Source: Octopus vulgaris
Lineage: Eukaryota
Direction of reading: 5' to 3'
NCBI GenBank assembly: GCA_951406725.2
Contig: OX597836.1
Location: 17,670,001-17,734,000 of the forward strand
Length of the DNA: 64,000 nt
Positions 56,581 to 64,000 of this stretch are shown piece by piece. The position numbers and the translations under genes are program-made. Positions within the stretch are counted from its first letter, which is position 1. Each line of letters opens with the position of its first letter. Below the pieces are notes generated by a model. The model made no database searches. It was not told the origin of the DNA and was given only the letters and a program-made list of their open reading frames with translations.

Positions 56581-56746
56581 TACGACGGGCTTCTTTCAGT
56601 TTTCCGTCTACCAAATCCACCCACAAGGCTTTGGTCGGCCCGAGGCTATAGTAGTAGGCACTTGCCCAGGGTGCCACGCAGTGGGACTGAACCCGGAACC
56701 ATGTGGTTGGTAAACAAGCTACTTACCATACAGCCACTCCTGCGCC
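56091..56746 (-). mobile_element. SINE family B with a family A copy (56325-56548, +) nested in its microsatellite linker
   Basis: Both halves of family B are intact on either side of the insert. Confidence 0.92.
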
Positions 56747-57025
56747 TGTCTATTAATACATGTAAGAATCTGTTTTAAAAATTTGCTGCGAATAAAGGTT
56801 GAAAGATTTTGCAAACCTTTACCATTTGTGTAAAGAACGGAGGAAAGCTGCGTTCACTTAATACGAAAGAACGTTGCGGTGAAGTATATACTTTGTTGCG
56901 TTTGATTCAGTTTTCGTAGATTCTGCATTACCCACACGATACTCTTGTCATTCTCGCGGAAACTGTAGAGTACCAGGTCACACACACACATACACATACA
57001 CGCACGCACGCACGCACAGACATGC

Positions 57026-57074
<49 letters not shown>

Positions 57075-57103
57075 TAGATATTATAGATATTAAATATACA
57101 TAC

Positions 57104-57160
<57 letters not shown>

Positions 57161-57278
57161 TATAGAAATGTGCATCTAGTTATATATGAACGTATGGCTT
57201 ATACAGCATTTGTATATCTGAATCTATGCATCCTCTCTCTCTTTGTGTGTATATATGTATATAATCATATATATATGT

Positions 57279-57353
<75 letters not shown>

Positions 57354-57615
57354 CACATGTATATATATATATTACGTAAGATTCTCTATTTGAAGAAAAT
57401 GTTTTATTGTTATGTAAATGGAAATTGTAAATGTTATTTTCTATTTTACCATGACACAAAACTGTTATTAACAAAATCTATTATTTCTTGAATACACTGT
57501 CATTTCGTAGAAATCTTATGAAAAAAGACAAAAACAAAAAAAAAATGAAAAACCCCAAAAATAAAAACTAGAAACGGAAAATAAAAATATAAAAGTAGAG
57601 AGACAAAATATAGCA

Positions 57616-57692
<77 letters not shown>

Positions 57693-57835
57693 ATAACCAA
57701 GTTATTCATAAACGCGCCATCATATTGATGCTGCTGCCGTTGCAACTGTTGAGTTGTTACCTGGGTTTAGTCTTGAAGCCTTCTAGTTAATGGGCAAATA
57801 CATATATATACATATATACGCACATACATACAAAG

Positions 57836-57881
<46 letters not shown>

Positions 57882-57920
57882 TATATATATATATATATAC
57901 AAATACATAAACATATACGC

Positions 57921-57979
<59 letters not shown>

Positions 57980-58430
57980 CATGATGTCTGAATACTTTTT
58001 CTCTCTTCTATAGCATACATTTATGGCGTGGTATTTTTCCCAGCAAGCCTTCATATATAATAACAGTGTAACGCATTGTGTCGTTGGTGAAGTCGCTAGC
58101 AGCCATTTTAGCTCGCGAGGTTTCTTTTTGTCTTACGAGAATTGATTATGGCTTGAATTCCACTTCACAGCCAAGGAAAATTGTTATTTTCTTTGTAATC
58201 TAAAATATTGATTTCTCACATCCATTATTATGGATTTGGTTTTTTTTTTTCTTTTAAAACAAGAATTATTTCAATATTGATATCTTTACACGGGAAATAT
58301 TTCCAACGAAAGTACAGCCTCATAGTTTGGGCAAAAATTGCATGAAATTTTCAAAACCAAAAAACAATAAAAGCCCCCAAAAAAAAAACAAAACCCAACT
58401 TAATATTTATTAGGTGAAAGAAATTAGCTA

Positions 58431-58664
<234 letters not shown>

Positions 58665-58676
58665 CGTTGTCGCTAC

Positions 58677-58786
58677 TTAGTAACTGGCCCTAAAGATTTG
58701 AACAGCTGGCTAGAGGAAATAGTGATAAGGGCTAGTTTAGTGCAGCTCTAGAAAACAGTGTTATTAAGGACAGCTAGGATTCTTGT
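58677..58786 (+). pseudogene. RLE-type (R4/Dong-like) retrotransposon C-terminal remnant
   Basis: LVTGPKDLNSWLEEIVIRASLVQL*KTVLLRTARIL resembles the QKxxLLGTAxIL terminal motif also seen at 37590-37650. Confidence 0.65.
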
Positions 58787-59354
58787 GCTTGTTGTTGTAG
58801 GGTGCTTGTTGTTTGTTGTTTTAATTTTTCTTTTCCAGCACTTTAATCTGCTGTGTGTACATGAAATACTAATAATAATCTTTTCTGCAGAAAGACGGAA
58901 TTTTGGGGAGGGATCAGTCGATTACACCGATTCCAGTACTCGCCTGGTACTTAGTTTATCCACCTCGAATGGATGAAAGGCAAACTGGAGCTACATGAAA
59001 AAACAAAAAAAGAAATTTCTTGCACAAGAACACAACACACAGCCCGGTCCGGGAATCGAACTCACTATCTCATGAGTGTAAGCCCGACGTTGTAATTCTT
59101 GAGCCATGCGCCTTCAAAATGATACAGAATAATTAAAACAAAGTATAAATTATAAAGTGATAACACAAATTCTATGACTCACCCACACGTAGTTGAGACT
59201 TCACCTAAGGAGACACTACAATTTTTATTACATCAGATGATAAAAAAATATATTGTTCGTACATCGACTGCTGACACCTTCCAAAAGTCAACGAGGGTAT
59301 ATGTAGCGCTACCTTACTTTCGTGGAGTATAAGTAATTTTCTCTTTGCTTGTTT

Positions 59355-59478
59355 TTGGACAAATCCTACGGACAAGGGGATAGAATCCTTCGTAATAAAC
59401 GCTTCTCACACAGACTTACTCTTGGACAAATTCCACGGGTAAGGAAATAGAGTGTCTCGTAATAAACTGCCTCTCACA
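59355..59478. repeat. Diverged 67-bp tandem duplication
   Basis: TTGGACAAAT..ACGG..AAGG..ATAGA..CGTAATAAAC..CTCACA occurs twice. Confidence 0.7.
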
Positions 59479-59731
59479 TTTGTCGTTCTTACCATATCTT
59501 GTCTATACCTGATATTTCCTTCTTAAACGTAACAATTCCAAATTTGTAAGTTTGTTGTTGTTATTGTTGTTATTGTTGCTGTTGTTGTTACAGATTAGCA
59601 AGTCGTCAAAATTGTCTTTGTTCTCAGAAACAATATCATCATTCGAATAACATTACTTCAAGACGATGCTCCAGCATGGCCACAGTATAAAGGGTCAAAG
59701 ATAATCAGTGTGTGACAGAAACTTATATATA

Positions 59732-59910
59732 GGCGCAGGAGTGGCTGTGTGGTAAGTAGCTCGCTAACCAACCACATGGTTCCGGGTTCAATCCCACTGC
59801 GTGGCATCTTGGGCAAGTGTCTTCTGCTAGAGGCCCGGGCCGACCGATGCCTTGTGAGTGGATTTGGTAGACGGAAACTGAAAGAAGCCTGTCATACTGT
59901 CATATATATG

Positions 59911-59951
<41 letters not shown>

Positions 59952-60152
59952 ATGTCTGTGTTTGTCCTCCTAGCATTGCTTGACAACCAATGCTGGTGTG
60001 TTTAAGTCCCCGTCACTTAGCGGTTCGGCAAAAAGAGACCGATCGAATAAGTACTGGGCTTACAAAAAGAATAAGTCCCGGGGTCGATTTGCTCGACTAA
60101 AGGCGGTGCTCCAGCATGGCCGCAGTCAAATGACTGAAACAAGTAAAAAGAA
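59732..60152 (+). mobile_element. SINE family B, full length
   Basis: GGCGCAGGAGTGGCTGTGTGG head, B box GGTTCAATCCC, linker and 3' half. Confidence 0.93.
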
Positions 60153-60930
60153 TAGCCATTCAAAACCACACAAAGACTGTTAACTTCACATAAATATATT
60201 TATTATTGGATTCTTTGATGTGGAACCGCGTCAGAGACCAGGTCGTCGCAGTTGATGCGACGAAAATTTTGATAACAGATAATAATATTTAAATGATTTT
60301 AACAGCCTTTGTGTGTTTCTGAATGGCTAATATGTGACTTGCACGCTGTAATTGTTTAGTTCCAACACGCGGTCTCACATCAAATCATTTCCTTGGCATG
60401 TACACTTCCGAAGCATTATTATGGCTTGCTAGAAAATGTTATATTCTGTGTTTTACTATATTATTACCTGCTGTCTTTTTCATTATATTCTATCTTTTCC
60501 CTCCCTCTTTCTCTTTCTCTTTCTCTCCCTATCTCTTTTTTCCTTTTGTGTGTGTGTGTGTGTGGAGGGGCCCTCTTGCCGACATGTTGTGTTCAATGTC
60601 AGTTCTCTCCACCCCGAAAAAAAAATTGTTCAAAAATTTCTGTTTACGACAAATGAACGAAAAAAATAATAATAAAAGCTGTCAACTTTCCTTCGTGGCA
60701 ATTCGCACGAACTCATATAAAACAAAAAAAACAAAAAAAAAAAAACAATCCAGTTTTGAAAAATCATCAGAAAATCTAATCCAGAAAGGAGAGTATTATG
60801 AAACATGCCTCGCCAGAGAGTAAAATCCAATAATAATAATAATAATAATCATAATAATAATAATAAAGATCTTGTTCTTGTTCTTCTTTTTCTTCTTCAT
60901 AGATACATACATATATACATACACACACAT

Positions 60931-60977
<47 letters not shown>

Positions 60978-61049
60978 CATGTATACACGCATGTACGTAT
61001 AATACATATTGACATATTTGTATATACTAGTGTCTAGATGCGTGGCGTA

Positions 61050-61086
<37 letters not shown>

Positions 61087-61304
61087 TTATACTTCTATCT
61101 ATTTATCTAAATATCCATATTATGCAGGAAATATATATATTGTACAGGAAAATATATACATGAAATTATATATAAAATATGTTATACATACATTTATAAA
61201 GATGAATTATGTATGTACATTTAGTAAACGAGAGGGGAAGAGAGAAAGTGAGAAAAGTTAGGGGAGAGAAAAAGAGAGACAGAAGAGCTAAAGGCGAGAG
61301 GAGG

Positions 61305-61469
61305 AAGGAGAAGAAGAAGAAGAAGAAGAAGAAGAAGAAGAAGAAGAAGAAGAAGAAGAAGAAGAAGGAGAAGAAGAAGAAGGAGAAGAAGAAGAAGAAG
61401 GCGAAGGAGAAGAAGAAGAAGAAGAAGAAGAAGAAGAAGAAGAAGAAGAAGAAGAAGAAGAAGAAGAAG
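61305..61469. repeat. (GAA)n microsatellite
   Basis: Directly visible. Confidence 0.97.
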
Positions 61470-62685
61470 GGAAACGTGTTAAAACGGTCCTACTCTTTTT
61501 ACTCTTTCCTTGAACTAAAACGTACAATTAAAAACCACTTCAGAATATGAGAGTAAAGAGTGGAGTAAGAAGAAATTGTACAGCTAAACTGTAGCCTGTT
61601 GTTTTCTTCCATTAGAATAGGAAATGAAAAGTATTTATATCTCTACAAACTACACGAACTATGAGACAATAGAAACACTCCAACATTAAATTGAATAACA
61701 TATTCCGATATAGGGTTCTGCGTCGATTTCTACGGTGCAAAATAATGTGGTTCGATCAACGATTGCGTTGTCAGATAAATCCGTTCGTTCGATTTTTAAA
61801 AATTTTATTTTATGGCTACCGAATAATTGTCACATATTATATGGGTTCTGATCTTAACTGATTGGAAGTGTCATCAGGTACATGTTTTCTGTTGGCATAA
61901 AAATTGGGCTACAACAAATATTCTACTCAATATCGCAGATTTGCTTCTCGGTGTTTGACCGTAACCAGTTGAGCATGTCCCTTAGTAACTTTCGTTATGT
62001 GCATCTCTGATCACGAGCAGAAGGTGTGTACGAGCGTACATAAATACATGGATGTACACATGCATACAATACATACATACATACATAATAAAACATACAT
62101 ATATACGTACACATATTCATACATGCATACATACGTACACACACATAATAAACACATGCATACATACATACACACACATTCATACACATACATACATACA
62201 CACACATACATGCATGCACATACCTATATACGTACATGCATACATACATATATACGTACACCTTCTCTGCACTAAGATCTGAAATGTAAGATCTCTACCG
62301 TGATAACGGAAGCTCACCATATCTAATGTTAATTGCATCCACATGGCTGTACATTGTGATGAACTACATCTGCCAACATTATTATGGATTTCAGAACTTC
62401 CAGAAACAGCTGTTGGATTTATAGCACCTGTCTGCCACTCCATACATTTTCTCTGTCGTTTGTACCCTCTGTGTAAGTTGGATCTGTTAATATAAATATC
62501 TATATTGATACTTAAAAATTCAATCACCTGAATTTGTTTTTTCTCGTTTTGCATGTATATATATCCATATATATACATGTATATATATCCATATATATAC
62601 ATTTTGTATTTCACACCCAAACTATTATATTCAATATATTTTTGGTATATTCAATGTATGCAATTTGTTTATCATACACACACAC

Positions 62686-62774
<89 letters not shown>

Positions 62775-62776
<2 letters not shown>

Positions 62777-62962
62777 ATCGTTAGCCACTACACACATTTT
62801 TTCTCTCCTTGTTTCTCTCCTTGTTTTTTCTGTGTCCCTTTCTGTAGAAGAGCGTAGGCTCGAAACGTAAAATACTTTTTTTTATTCCTGAGCGTTATAC
62901 TAATACATCTGTTTGTTTTGTACACCACCTACCTTCGTCATTTTTTTTCGTAAACTCGCCCT
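62775..62962 (+). mobile_element. Second copy of the 17424 Penelope-like terminal element (variant hammerhead at 62839-62872)
   Basis: CTGTAGA A gagc-gtag-gctc GAAAC GTA; (TA)n flanks. Confidence 0.7.
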
Positions 62963-63126
62963 ATATATATATATATATATATATGCATACATGCATACAT
63001 ATATACATACATACATACATACATACATACATACATACATACACTCATACATACATACATATATATATACATACATACATACATATATACATACATACAT
63101 ACATACATATATACATACATACATAA

Positions 63127-63160
<34 letters not shown>

Positions 63161-63579
63161 CATACACTTATACATACATACATACATACATACATACATA
63201 CATACATGCATGCACACATACATACATGCATACATGCATACATACATACATACATACATATATACATACATACATACATACATACATACATACATACACT
63301 CATACATACATACATAGATAATACATACATACATACATATATACATAAATACATACATACATACATATATAAACGGGTATATTAGTTTTTTCTGCCAGTG
63401 ACCTTCCCCCACCCCGTCAGTCACCATCAATCCGTGAGTCGTGTTAATCCTCGCATATTCTCATTCATCGCTCAGCATCGGTGTCAGTCGGACATTCTTT
63501 TCTATTTTATTTCTTTATTAAAACATATTGCCATCTTTCCGTTTTTCCTTTGTTTTCACTAAAAAAAAATCGTCATTCC

Positions 63580-64000
63580 CGCCATCACAATCATCATCAT
63601 GATCATCATCATCATTATTATCGTTTACGTCATCATTGTTGTCACTGTTGTCGCCATAGTTATCACAATCGCTCTCATTGTTATCCTCTCTTTCTTCATC
63701 ATAATCATCATCATCACCATCACCGTAATAATCTCTCATCGTCATTATCGTTGTCGTCGTCGTCGTCGTCGTCTTCGTCATTATAATCACTATCTCGATC
63801 ATCGTTTTCATCACCATCATCATCATCTTTAGCATCATCATAATCATGCTCGTCGCCTTCATGACCCCCCACCCACCATCACAACTACCACCACCACCAT
63901 CACCACTACCACCACCACCATAACTATCACTACCACCATCACCACCACCAAAACCACAACCAAAACCACCACCACCACCACCACCACCACCACCAAAACC
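63580..64000. repeat. (CAT)n/(CAC)n low-complexity tract
   Basis: Directly visible. Confidence 0.9.

Overview
AT-rich, microsatellite-saturated eukaryotic DNA that looks intergenic or intronic, with no intact protein-coding gene that I can support. Almost every ORF in the supplied track is a translated simple repeat. The SINE types and (TA)n/(CA)n/(TATC)n/(TAA)n load suggest an octopus (coleoid cephalopod) genome, which is an inference from memory of these repeats. The window holds about 30 copies of three tRNA-derived SINE families and degraded retrotransposon coding remnants: two CxC-type GIY-YIG Penelope-like fragments, three R4/Dong-like RLE fragments and one L1/Tx1 RT fragment. It also has a non-autonomous Helitron and many short Penelope-like termini inserted in (TA)n tracts, often as fold-back hairpins. 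The most notable signal is about 14 type I hammerhead-ribozyme motifs with palindromic stem III, read by eye. Two of them lie in a near-perfect, ORF-less 561-bp tandem repeat (30471-31619) with one intact hammerhead per unit, which makes it a candidate retrozyme/circular-RNA element. All calls were made by eye, and the edges of degenerate elements are approximate.
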